The notes under the pieces are model-generated. The model did not search any database, had not been told where the DNA came from, and saw nothing but the letters and a program-made list of their open reading frames with translations. DNA of 64,000 nt. It comes from Octopus sinensis (taxonomy: Eukaryota). The stretch is taken from NCBI RefSeq assembly GCF_006345805.1, contig NC_043006.1, positions 63,550,001-63,614,000 of the forward strand. The letters are read 5' to 3'. This document shows, piece by piece, positions 35,140-47,639 of this stretch (position 1 is the stretch's first letter; the number at the start of each line of letters is the position of its first letter). The position numbers were made by a program, and so were the translations under genes.

Positions 35140-37390
35140 ACATAAATTAGTGACGAACCAACGTGGATCCTGAATTCTACCCTGGAAAATAAAAGGTCAC
35201 CACATAAATTAGTAACCAACCAACGAGAGAATAATTTAGTTATAACTAAATATATTTAGTTATATTCTAATACTTTCCATGTCACAATTTTCTTCAACTC
35301 ATACGACGATGATATCTGCTATGAATTATCCAGTAATACCAATTTTTGCAGGAGATATCGCTGTCTGGTTTGCCCAGTTAGAAGCATTTTTCTCGGCAAA
35401 CACACACAATACAGACCAACAGCAGCTCTACATTTTATTTAGTTCTATACCACCATCATTAACTGGAGAACTGTGTGATATTATTACAGCTCCACCAGCA
35501 GATGTAACATATTCATCAATCAAAAATGAAATTTTACGATGAACTTCACTCTTTCCCAAAAAGAAGTTTCAAAAACTTCTCAACAACAAGCATTTAGGAA
35601 ACAGAACACCATTGCAAATGCTCTGAAAAATGCACCAGCTCACAGAGGACAACCCTGCTGAAAGTAAGTTGCTTAAACAACTCTTTTTCTCCAAATTTCC
35701 ACAGTATGTTCAAGGTATGCTCACCCATTTGACCAACTTGCAGCATCGGCAGATAAAATTTTGGTGTATACAAAATCTACTCCAGAACAGAACAACTCTC
35801 CTTTGTCCGTTGCAACAGTTTCTTCTGAATTCAAATAATTTTGTGAATCTACACAGAGGACTATGGATAAGCTAGTTGTAGAAATTCCTTTCTTGCGTTG
35901 CAATAGAAGTTCTTCACCTGGTTGCTATTGTCGTTCTAGTTCCCGTTCTCCCAGCAGATCAAAACCTTTTTGCTGGTATCATCATAAGTTTGGTTCTGCA
36001 GCTAAGAAGTGCATTTCACCTTGTGCATTTAAAACTCAGTAAAACTAAAACGCCAAACTCCAAGCATGACCACAGTTCCTGGCACATTTTCTCCTAGCTG
36101 CACATTTTTCATACTTGATTTCAAGTCTAAGAAGAAATTTCTAGTAGATTCCAGAGCGTCCTGCAGTATATGGTAGTCTAAATTTGTCAAAGAAAAATTT
36201 TTCCCTTCTGATATATCTCTTCAAGCACTCAACTGCTCTCCTATTAAAACTTTCAGTGAGATTTCACTCACACTGGACCTAAATCTTAGACGAAGTTTCC
36301 AGTGGGTTTTCATCATTGCTGACCTTCCTCATCCAATTTTAAGAGCTGATTTTTCTCCATTATTTTTCACTATTAGTGGATGTCAAAAGAAAGAGACTTA
36401 TCGATAGCAGTCCACAGTTATATGCTTTAAGAAGATATTTCAATTCCACTTCTGTCAGCCCGCTATTTTTTGTTGCAAATCAACCAGATAAATATCAAGC
36501 CTTGCTTCAATCCTTTCCTGAGTTAACTAATTTAACTTTTAATGTCAATGCTTCAGCACATACAACTACTCATCATATAACCACCAATGGATATCACGTT
36601 TTCTCGCGTCCTAGACGTTTACCACCTGAGGAACTCAAAGCTGCTAAAGCTGAGTTCAGCCACATGCTCCAGCTTGGAATAATTCGTCCTTCAAAGAGTA
36701 ACTGGTCTTCACTACTTCATCATCATCATCATCATCATCATCATTAACGTCCGCTTTCCATGCTAGCATGGGTTGGACGGTTCAACTGGGGTCTGGGGAG
36801 CCCGAAAGCTGCACCAGTCCAGTCAGATCTGGCAGTGTTTCTACAGCTGGATGCCCTTCCTAACGCCAACCACTCCGAGAGTGTAGTGGGTGATTTTATG
36901 TGCCACCGACACAGGTGCCAGACGAGGCTGACAAACGGCCACGCTCGGATGGTGTTTTTTATGTGCCACCGACACAGGTGCCAGACGAGGCTGGCAAACG
37001 GCCACGCTCGGATGGTGTTTTTTATGTGCCACCGACACAGGTGCCAGACGAGGCTGACAAACGGCCACGCTCGGATGGTGTTTTTTATGTGCCACCGACA
37101 CAGGTGCCAGACGAGGCTGGCAGACGGCCACGCTCGGATGGTGTTTTTTATGTGCCACCGACACAGGTGCCAGACGAGGCTGGCAGACGGCCACGCTCGG
37201 ATGGTGTTTTTTATGTGCCACCGACACAGGTGCCAGACGAGGCTGGCAAACGGCCACGATCGGATGGTGCTTGTTACGTGCCCACAGCACGGAGGCCAGT
37301 CGATGCGGTACTGGCTACGGCCACGTTCGGATGGTTCATTTAGTGAAAAAGAAATCTGGTGATTTTAGACCTACTGGTCTAAAATTTCAT
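35140..37390 (+). pseudogene. Gypsy (CsRN1-like) gag-pol relic interrupted by an RTE insertion
   Basis: gag WFAQLEAFF, knuckle CWYHHKFG..AKKC..PC, protease FLVDSRAS, RT RPRRL...AKAEF..ML.LGIIRPSKSNWSSLLH resuming LVKKKSGDFRPTG at 37340. Confidence 0.85.
36898..37338. repeat. 63-bp minisatellite, six near-identical units plus one variant, in an RTE 3'UTR (36721-37339)
   Basis: Unit starts (atgtgcc) at 36898, 36961, 37024, 37087, 37150, 37213; variant at 37276. Confidence 0.95.
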
Positions 37391-37769
37391 ATGGCACCGC
37401 AAATTACTGTTGTTGACAACGATTCAGAGATATTGAATTCACCTCAATAGACGTCATTGATTGGTTGAAATTGCCGAAATGCAAGAAATTAAAGAATAGC
37501 TTACAAACTACAGAATTTTCTCAGGAAAGCCAAGAGAAAAAGATGTTTTATAAACACATTCTACCAGTATACGAAGTTTAAAAGTGTTTAGTTACAAAGA
37601 AATTATTTTTAAAATCTGCCGGTCAAAGCGAAAATATCCAAATAGTCAACTAAATTTAATTGTAATGTACATGTTTATATGTTATATATGAAAATAAAAA
37701 TTTGCCCTTTTGTTGTTGTTTCGCCCTAAGTCAAACCTAACTGAGCAGACCTTTCACCAAAAACTTTCT

Positions 37770-37892
37770 GGCGAAGGTAAAGAATACGCATACTAGGTAT
37801 TTAGAGTTAGGGGTTAGGGTTAGGGGTTAAGGTTAAGGGTTAGGGTTTTGTTACGCCGAAAACGAGTGGTGTGCATATTCTTTACCCCTGCC
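37770..37892. mobile_element. MITE with GGCGAAGGTAAAG TIRs and internal TTAGGG repeats
   Basis: TIRs flanked by aaactttct/aaactttcc (8/9 match, Mutator-like 9-bp TSD). Confidence 0.65.
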
Positions 37893-38307
37893 AAACTTTC
37901 CATCCAAGACTTTTCACTATATTATCCAATGTATTCTTGCTTTGATTTCATTTGGTGGAATGTGATTTAAGTGATATTCGGCTGCTATTTTTAGCAGATC
38001 GAGTGACGGGTTCCTACAGTTTTGGTTGTTGTTTTCGGTTTCTGCTGAACATTGAAAGAGCAGATTAAATATATTTCTTGTAGATCAAACAACGACGTTA
38101 AAGTTCCCTTGTAGTAATAATTGTTGTCTTACTATTTTTTTAAAAATATCTATTTGGTTTTCTTTGTTATTGTAATAACAGTAAGAGACAATAAGGGAAG
38201 CAATTTGTGGGAAAGAATGAGTCGATTACATCGACGCCAGTGTTCAACTGGTACTTATTTTATCGACCCCGAAAGGTAATAATAATGTATAATAATAATA
38301 ATAATAA

Positions 38308-38465
38308 GGCGAACCTTCGGTATATGTACCGGATACATTTCAAGAAAGTGTTTTTTTTATATATATGGAGGGGTTAGGTTTAGGGTTAGAGGTGAGAGAA
38401 AAGGGTTTCTGTTGTCTTCAGAAATGTAAACGAAGTCACGTGTGTACCTATACCGAAGCATCGCC
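38308..38465. mobile_element. MITE with GGCGA..CTTCGGTATA.GTAC TIRs and internal degenerate TTAGGG
   Basis: Inverted termini visible; inserted in a TAA microsatellite. Confidence 0.6.
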
Positions 38466-38847
38466 AATAATAATAATAATAATAATAATAATAATCCTTT
38501 CTACTGGAGACACAAGGCCTCAAATTTCTGGGGTGGGGACTAGTCGATTATATTGACCTCAGTGTTTCACTGGTACTTGTTTTATCAACCCCGAAAGGAT
38601 GAAAGATAATAATAAGAATAATAATAATAGTAATAATAATACAACAAAAGACTGCGCCACACCCCAGGAGAGAAAAACTGACTTATTTCAATACCGGGAA
38701 GAGTTCGCACACTCCCAACAACAGAAAGAAGTGACAATGTTGCACACATCTCAGCAACACGGAAGTGTAGCAGGTGATGCTGTATAAAATTTGCCTGGAA
38801 CTACCAAATGTTGAACAATTTTAAATAATAAAACGAAAGCGCCTTAC

Positions 38848-39060
38848 CAGAGCCAGTTGGGAAGTCATGCTTGTAATGAAATGTGATCTAATTTCCTCAT
38901 ATACACGTGATTAAAAATATACGTTAGTCCAAATGTTTCCGGCGATTATCGTTTTTCTACTAATGCTTAACAGAAATGAAATTTCTAATCGCTGCCAACG
39001 TTACTAAAAGTTAATGTAGCAACGTTTAATCTAACTTCTTTATTTTCGTCAGCGGATAAG
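38848..39060 (-). promoter_or_regulatory. Candidate NAGLU non-coding first exon / promoter
   Basis: Unique, relatively CpG-rich sequence with a strong donor CTG|GTAAGG at 38848/38847 and a TCACGTG E-box at 38904-38910. The link to NAGLU is inferred. Confidence 0.4.
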
Positions 39061-40089
39061 TCATAATGCAATCATCTCTTTGTTCTGTAATTTATGTAGT
39101 TTGGATATTTGCCTAAAGTGTTGTTGTTTTTTTCTTTTTGTTAGCTTTGTGTGGTGTAGTTTGAATGAATATAGAGTGTAATCTCGATTAAGTTGGGTCA
39201 AAGTACTAAGTTTCTGATGCAAAATAAAAAAAAAAATATTATTTACTTCTAACAATGACTACTAAAGCCGAGTTTGTTTCCCCCATAACTTCCTTTAAAA
39301 TAAATATTTTTCGATGAAATTTTCTGGATTCCTTTTATTGATATAAATTATAATTTGACGATTGACATGGAGATAAAAAAGACAAAAAATTTCCGAGAAA
39401 AACATTGGCGAAGGTAAAGCGCGTGTACATCGCCCATTTCCGGTGTTTAGGAAAATACAGTTTTTCCACCAAAATCACGTTTTCAAAATTTTAATTTCCC
39501 GCATCCCACTTCAATTTCTTAATTTTAAACTTTTTTTCGAATTTTTTAATCAAGCCACGGGATCGGATCTTTTCACTTTAAGTGAAAAGATCCAAGCCAC
39601 GTAAAAATATACAGAGATTATGAATCTGGGAATTTTTTTTTTTTATTTTAATTTTTCTTAGAGAAACACCCATCACCTCCCCGCTTTCAAAAAGCTAAAA
39701 ACTCCGAATGTTTCACTTTCGCCTGATGTTTCACGCATGCGTAGAATTCTACTGAAATAGCAGACGTCAAATATATAAGACCACCACCAGAAAACCCAAC
39801 ATGCGAGAAACAATAGCTAAACGACATTATTTCTGGAAAAAAACTTCCCCGCTTTCAAAAAAGCTAAAAGAGGTTGGGGAAGGGGATTTGAGTATTTCTT
39901 TAAGAAAAGCTTTTTTTTTTTTTTATTTCTTAAAGATTCGTAATCTCTATTTTCTATGAGGATTAAAAAAGATTAATATCTAGTTTAACACCCAGCCACC
40001 AAAAAAAAAAAAAAAAACTAACAAGTGTAATAGGTATAAAAAAAATGTGTAGTAAACGAATCTGAAAACTAAAATTTGCGCAAACGAAC

Positions 40090-40780
40090 CAGGGGAGAAG
40101 CCTCTCGGAAAATTCACATGATCCGATTTTTCCCTAACTTTCAGGAAAATGCATATCTTTCAATGAAATTTTATATAAATACCTTTCAAATGGCATAGAT
40201 TACGATTATAGAGAAATTTTTGGAGAAATTATTTTTCCGAAGGGGTGGAGAGAGGATTTGGGGGAAATTCACACGATCTGATTTTTTCCCTCATAACTTT
40301 CAATAAAATGGATATCCTTTAATGAAAGTTTATACAAATACTTTTCAAACGACATAGATTACAATTATAAAGAAATTTGTAGGAATTTTTTTTCTGATGG
40401 GGTGGGGAGAAGAATTTCAGAAAAATAGGATATACAAGCATGGGTATACAGATGAGTGTTCCTATAGAGGGTGTTACAAATTGTACAAGGTGCACAAGAG
40501 TCCAGAGAATCCCTTGGCTACTGGCAGACTGGTTCTAAATATATTGGTTGCCATGAGACTAAGGGGACCCACCCACAACTACAATGCTATCTTTTTTTTT
40601 TTTTTTTTTTTAAAAGTATTCTTTTCAACTGTCTACAAACACAGCCAGGCTGAAATAATTAATGCATTCTTCCAGGAGTGAATTTAAAAAATCTCAAACT
40701 AGAGGGAATGGGCCCCCATATATGGATTCTAATGGCGCAGGGAACTACTTGCCGTCGGGCAAGCTGCCAACCTGGCTAGT
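40090..40780 (+). mobile_element. Helitron-like element with internal ~170-bp tandem duplication
   Basis: Hairpin CTTGCC-GTCG-GGCAAG at 40748-40763, then CTAG|T at 40776-40780. The 5' boundary is uncertain. Confidence 0.55.
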
Positions 40781-40853
40781 CCGCCACTACCCTTGACAAT
40801 GTCCTTGTGTCAAATGTTTTACCGAAAGAAGTACCGCATTCTAATAACTGACA

Positions 40854-40920
<67 letters not shown>

Positions 40921-41124
40921 ATAAATAAATCTTGAGAGGGGAATTAACTCTTAATTATACGAACTCTCTGACGAATAAAACAGGAAAATTCATTTCCGCC
41001 TAACCATCTGAAAAAAGACATTTATAGCGCGCACTTTGCCTTATTTGCACGCATTACTAATAGAAGTGTATATACATACAGTATAATATATACGCATATT
41101 TATATTTACTGGTTTATTTGTAAA

Positions 41125-41430
41125 ATGAAAAATATGCTTCCTCCCGACTCTGGACTCCAAGGAATCCGTGAAGACGATGATAGCAGCGATTCTGGTACCG
41201 TTGTTAAAACAATGATGTTTTTCAGTACGGCAATGCTTACATTGCCGATTCTCAGCTATTTCCTCAGTAAATGGCTTATCTTCGAGAATATCTTCAAAAT
41301 GTCCAACAGCGATTCCTATTTCTATGCAGCCATCGTTTCCATTTTCACCGTTCACATTATCCTAGCGTTGTTTGTCTATTCGGCCTGGAAAGAAGGAGCC
41401 AAGACTGTTTATACTTTCAAACGAGATTAA
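41125..41430 (+). CDS. VMA21: Vacuolar ATPase assembly integral membrane protein VMA21, single coding exon, 101 aa
   Basis: Intact ORF with two TM segments (MMFFSTAMLTLPILSYF; YAAIVSIFTVHIILALFVYSAW) and the family-typical D-S-Y-F-Y-A-A-I...V-H...L-A-L-F-V-Y-x-A-W pattern; C-terminus KRD (human KQD). Confidence 0.92.
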   Translation: MKNMLPPDSGLQGIREDDDSSDSGTVVKTMMFFSTAMLTLPILSYFLSKWLIFENIFKMSNSDSYFYAAIVSIFTVHIILALFVYSAWKEGAKTVYTFKRD

Positions 41431-42849
41431 AGAACAAAACAAACTGACACGATGAGATTTCAGAAACCAAATTTATTAAAAAAAAAAAAAAGAAAAGAAA
41501 AGAAAAAGACAGTGAAAGAAAAACACGAAAAAAGATGTTGTGCAGTGACAGGTGCGATTAAATAATGAACAATGTTCGATTGGTAAGTAAAGCCAACAGC
41601 TACCGAACAACGGACTCATGGATGAATTATACGACCTGACTTGAACATTTTCTTTAACCCCATTTATAATTTGTCCGTGGATTGTGTATACTTTGAGGGC
41701 AGCTGTTATAAGCTTGCCAATTTTCTTTTTATCTCTTATTCATATTATTTGTCTGTCTAAAAACTTGAGAGAATACTTTCGTATCCATTCCTGATACAGT
41801 TGAGTGCTGGACTAATTTTTAAAATGTTAGTTCTCTGCCTGTTTTCAGTTCTAAACTTTACGGCAACATAGTAGTCTTATTACTGTATTACCATGTTTTG
41901 TAAAGGAAGTAAAAACAACAAACGGCCTTGTGCCTAGTATAAAAAAAAAATTTTCTGCATATTGTTATCGAGAGTATAGTCTGCTGTGGGCGTGGTGCAA
42001 GATACAAAGGAAAACAAAAAAAAAAGAACCTTGGTGATTTGTCTTTTTTTTTTTTCGTATTTCTTTATAGATTTATTCCCTCTAAGCCAGCTCAACAATT
42101 TTGATAACGAAGTGTTTAATCGAAGGTTAAAGGTCTCGTCCTCAACCACGAAGGCAATGACGAGCGAGTGAATTTAAGAGCAGTCTATATGGAGTAAATT
42201 TATATTAAAGAGTGGAATGTACAATTTCTTGTAATTCTGATTGCTTCATTGTCCCAGTAGACAAAAATGAAAAGGGCGTTGCACCGGAGGATGGCCAGGG
42301 AGAGAAATTATTCAGCAGCAAGTGGTGTTTTTTTGGAAAGTTGTCCCTTGAAGCCCCAACCCTAACTGAGAAAGGAAAAGTTTTTGTTTTCGTCTAATTG
42401 AGATTCTGACTAAAAGAAAAAAAATTGTGGAAATTTCTTTTTTATATATATATATATATATATTTTGCCTTCTAAATTTTGTTCTCCGTGAGGAATGGGA
42501 GTTCGAAGGATAGCTATTTCAAAACTCTGCTGATTATTATTTATTCAAATTCTTTCGGGGGTTGTTAAACAAGTACCAGCTTGATAATCCGCCAGTCCCT
42601 AAATCGAAATTTCAGGCCTTGTGCCTAGACAAGATAATATTTGCACCGGTTGGACGTGGGTCGCCCTGCTTAAAAGTTTCTGTTTGTGTCTTCAAAAGTT
42701 GTTAGTTATTTAAACTTTGTTTTAAAACAATACTTGTGAAAGCCACCAGCATTGCATAAATCTGTTTGTTTATTTGTTTGTGCTCCTTTGCGGACTTTAA
42801 TTTGAAAAGAAGAAATGTTTTATTTTGAGAAAAAACAATTCTTTCACAT

Positions 42850-45740
42850 CCACCTGCCATTTCTCGGTGCCCTGGAAGACGGAAAAGAAGTGAGAGGTAA
42901 CATTAATAGAGAGATGCAGGCAACATAGTCGTTTGTTGTTGTCCTGAAAGTGGGAAGTGAACTTTCACAAAAGTTCAAATTCAAATCGAGTAAATTACAA
43001 CAACAAACAGCAGCAGAGCGGCGGTGACACGACGACATAGCAACACGTTCGAACTAGGAAATTGACTTAATGCGAACATTGGCACCGAACTCATCGACCA
43101 ACGAAACCCAAATCAACATTATTACCACCGTCATGACCAACGTAGAGAACTGAAACAACAGCTGTTCTTATTTCTAAACAAAATGGGAACGATTTCACAT
43201 AAGCGTGTTTCGTCTGGAGAAAGTTCACGCTTCAGGAAAAACGTTAAGTGATATCAAAGGGAGAACAATGTTTCTGAATCCACCAAAGGAAATACAAGAT
43301 TAAAAAAAAAATGTATTTCATCAAAGACCAGAAGACCAGAGCTTTCGATGCAGGCCCAGATTGAAATATTCCTGAGATCAGTATGGGAGATGAAAACTTA
43401 TGTCATCTATGGGCGATGCTTTGGCGCTGAAATTCCCAACTGAAGAATTGCTACTAATTCCAACATACCTCAGTCAGAGGATGGTGAAAAAATAGTAGCG
43501 GTATCACCAGAAGCGAACATCTTTGCTTGTGGCAGCCATATTATACGGTATTAGAGAATAAAATAATGATTCTCTAAGTGCATAAAATGGGAAAGGAATT
43601 ATCAATAGAGACCAACCAAGAACTATTGATGATCTGATCAATGTCCCTAATGGTGCACAGCTGTTCATAACAGTTGAGGACAGAAAGCCGAGATGGTACA
43701 TTTGTGGTGAGACAAACCACTTAAAGGCTTTCTGCCCTATGCAAAGAAAAGGAAAATCCCAGCTGCTGCCGACATCTTCAGCATTAAAAGCAGCAGCAAC
43801 AGCAGAGATCTATTGATATACCACATCCAAGAAAAATCACCCATTGCAACCAAATGAAGCCTCACCTAGACCAGTTGACAAATCCACAAGCTTAGAAATG
43901 TGCAAGGGTACCTCGCTGTGAAAACTTGTCTAGCAAGGAATTGATCCTGGTGAAAGTGGGGGTGGGGAGAAAAGAAAAATGAAAAAAAATTAGAGAAGAC
44001 ACAGAAAACAACAAACCATCACATATCCACATGCTCTACACCAACATAACTAGAAACATTTCCTGCACTAGAAACACCACCATTACAAACACCCAAGCAA
44101 ATGAAAACGCCTAGCAATTCACACCAACAACACAAGCAGCACTCTCAAGGCGTCATCAGCTACACAGACTTGATAAAACACTTTCAAAACTATACAGACA
44201 TTACTCTAAACCAGTCCATCACATTTTCAACACTCCTTGAAAATTATAAGAACACTAATAAACTGAAAACAAAATATCCCAAAGGCATGGGAGATTTCTG
44301 TGTGGCCATAAATAAGACTGAACAACAAAGAAATGCTTGTGGAGAGCCCCACAAATGTCTAGGACAACACTTGTCTCTCAACAGAAATAGGGTAAGTAAT
44401 TCTCCTAGCTCTTCTTCTCTCTAACAAACATGGCTTTGCTTAGGAGAGGTAGTATAAATGCGCATGGTCTGGCATTCCTTTAGGAATAGCTGCCTACTCT
44501 ACAACCTCAGGTCACTCAGAGCTTTCGTATCCATTTGCAGTGGATATGCGATTTACTTTCTTGTCAACTGGGAATGAGGGTGGAACTGCAGTGTTCTTCC
44601 AGAGAGGTCTGCATCTCAAAATAAGGGCCATTTTCCTGGACCCAGAAGGTAAATTGGTAGTCCTGGATGTGAACAGTAGCGATAGGGAGCCTTCAGACTG
44701 ATAGCTGTTTAATCTTTGATAGGAGCAGGACAACCAGATTTCTTCAGATGTTTGGAGATTTTGCTGGAAATGTCCTGACCTTTAGTGCTAATGGGTCATT
44801 GGAATGTCATCTTGGATATAGATTTAGATTATGTGGGGCTGGTGTTAGAGGTGGCGGTTGCAAAAGTTTCGCAATCTTGCTCAGATGTGTGCTGAGCCTA
44901 TGACATCTCCAGCACTTTCTTGAGGGTGAGCAGGCATGGTTGCCATTTGTCAGACTCACTCTTCTGCAGCTTGTTTCTTTGAGCTGCAGTCGTGGGTCAA
45001 GCATAGGCAAAGGTAGGGTGCCTGGCGCCAGGAGTGTTGCCAATTCTCTGTCAATTGGGCAATGTGGTTGGTGAAAGTTCTGTAGATGTTTGGTGGTGGG
45101 CAAGTGTGATGATGTTCTCTAGGGTACTGTAGGTGTCAAGTATCAACTGGTTGGTCTGTTCCGGAGAACTTTCAGGCTGGGGCCTATGGAAAATTTCCAG
45201 AAATTCTTGGCTTGGTAGTGCTACTGCAGGTATTGCCAGTTCAGGATAAACTCTACAGGCATGGAAGTGCCATCAGCTGGGCTTGCCTGAGATGTGCGCA
45301 GAGCGAGAGAACTGTTGTGTATGCTCTCATCCAGTGCTTTAGTATTGCTGACTTGTGGCTTTATGTTGAACACATGCTGTCACATGTAGAACAGATCCGA
45401 CTATCAGTCAAGTCCATTGTGGAGATCGTCCCACTGCCTTCCTTTGGGCAGGAAGTGTTCCCTTTGTCTGGTGGCCTTAGCAAAAGAGGTTGTATGGTGG
45501 ACCATATTGAAAAGGGTGAAGATGATAATTTCCTCTTTGTCGAGTCCTCATCAACTTTTTCAAGTTTCACTTGAAAAGAAAAGTGAGGTTCAGAGGGAAA
45601 TGTTCCCTCCCAACTATTTTATTGAAGAATGGTTGTGGCATGAATGGGCCTACTCTAAGCATGTGCCTGTGAATTGAAAGATGATGTTGTGGAGAGGGCA
45701 CTTGCCTTGGTGGTTATGGTATCTGTAAGAAGTCTCCCAT
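42850..45740 (+). mobile_element. L1/Tx1-like LINE, internally deleted and degenerate
   Basis: ORF1 knuckle remnant RKPRWYICGETNHLKAFCP, APE INAHGL and IFLDPEGKLVVLDV, C-terminal CLRCAQSERTVVYALIQC; RT core missing. Confidence 0.75.
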
Positions 45741-46454
45741 TTTTGGGGGAATTAATCATTATTAAAATTTATACATATATATTTTTTTTTCTTTTTATAT
45801 TATTCTATGTAATCCTACATTTTGTTGTCCTGTTCTGCCCCAAATGCTTTTTGTGAACTCTTAGTTGTGAATTTAAAACCATTATTGTTATTATTAATGA
45901 TTTAAGGCGGTGAGCTGGCAGAATCGTTAGCACACTGGGTGAAATGCTTAGCTGTATTTCATCAGCCACTACATTCTGAGTTCAAATTTCGCTGAGGTTG
46001 ACTTTGTCTTTCATCCTTTCTTGGTTGATAAATTAAGTACCAATGTAAACACTAGTCCCCGCCCACCAAAATTTGAGGCCTTGTGCCTCCAGTAGAAAGG
46101 TTTTATTAATAATGATATGAATAATAATAATAATAATGGCATGCTGGGCAAAATACTTGGCATTTCACCGATCTTTTCATTCTGAGTTCAAATTCCACCA
46201 ATGTCGACTTTGCCTTTCATCCTTTCAGGGTCAAAATAAATACCACTTTAGCACTGGAGGTCAATGTAATCAACCAGTCCCTCCCCCAAAATTTCTGGCC
46301 CTCTACCTATAGTAGAAACAATTATATATATTTTTTTTTTGCTTGGAGTTACTTCTAACTACAGGAATTGTAGAATCTTTGTCAATCTAATGTCTGTGTT
46401 ATTGGCAATCCTTAGCTGACTTTACTTTTTGTCCTTTCAGATGAAATATAAAAT

Positions 46455-47083
46455 AAGTTTCTTTATTAGCCACACAGGGCCGAACACAGAAGGGTCAAAA
46501 TACAATGCAGAGCTTTTCTTTTTGAAAATAGACAAAAAAGGAGAAAATAAATTTCCAATCAAAAAGGATTGTGTAAAAGAAAATCAAAAGGATCATGTAT
46601 CATAAAATATCATAAATGTAAAAAATAGACTAGGTTTATCTGTGGAAAGAAAAGCCTATGGAAAAGACCATGATAACCTCAGGCAGGGAGGGAAAAACAC
46701 ATGAGAGCAAAGTGCAAATTCAAATCATCTGTCAGTTTGATTTGATGTGGAATTTTATCAAAGTTGATTGGATCAGTTTGAGCAATGATTTCAACTCCTT
46801 GGCCAATCCAATTTTGCTGGTCCGGGACAGTGATTTCCAAGATAGGGATTTCCTCCTCAATATCATAAATAGCAGACACAAGCCATTTTATTTCTATTTG
46901 AAGGAGCACATTTTTTATTTTTGTGACCCTACAACTAAGGTATGTAGGGATCATCATGTTTTCACATTCAAAGGACTTTGTGGAGAGGTCCTTCGCTCTT
47001 TCTTCACTGTTGAATCTAACTTCGATTGTGGCAAATCTGTTTCCCCTCATGTTGTAGTCTTTGAAGACCCATATGGGTCTTAA
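46455..47083 (-). mobile_element. L1/Tx1 ORF1 fragment fused to a 3'UTR/tail
   Basis: RGNRFATIEVRF...PTYL RRM-like ORF1 segment joined to a tail ending TGTGGCTAATAAAGAAA. Confidence 0.7.
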
Positions 47084-47639
47084 ACATTTTCTACTGTTTC
47101 TTATAGTTTTGTTTTTAGGTTGAATGTCTTGTAAATAATTTCTTAACCTTTAAGCATTTTAACTGGCCAGAATATTCTACTCGTTTTATTTTCAAACTGG
47201 CCTGATCCACCATCTCACAACTACCCTACAATGTCATTCTAAAAATAGTCATTTTCTTTATTCACCATATAGGTTAAAGAAAGAGTGGATGATACAAGGC
47301 TAGACAAACAAATAAGGGGTTTGGGATCAAATGAGATTAACAGTATGAATGAACAATTTTAGAAATACAAAAAAAAATACAAATGTATGATTAACAAAAT
47401 GAAGCGGAGGATGTGGTTGATCCTGCAAACCACATTCTCACACTGAAGATTTTGTTTTCGTTTTTTATGTTCTCACTTAAACAGGTTCTTTCACTCTCAA
47501 CATACTTGCCACAGACTTCCATTTTTTACGAAACACACTTTGTGACAGGCATTTCTTCTCCAGCCTCATTTTTCTTTTCATGTGGAAAACAAAAAATTAA
47601 CTAACCCAAGGCTGGAGATAAAACTGCCTGTCACAATAC

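Noticed and set aside
36898-37338. CRISPR-like array or repeat-protein gene
   Set aside because: Units are contiguous with no unique spacers, lie in an RTE 3'UTR, and the ORFs arise from a stop-free 63-bp unit.
37800-37850. Telomere or chromosome-fusion scar
   Set aside because: Short, degenerate, single orientation, and enclosed by MITE TIRs.
38435-38442. GTCACGTG as a CLEAR element
   Set aside because: It lies inside the 38308-38465 MITE, so it is not independent evidence of a host regulatory site.
41041-41355. 104-aa minus-strand ORF
   Set aside because: Antisense to VMA21 with no recognisable motif.
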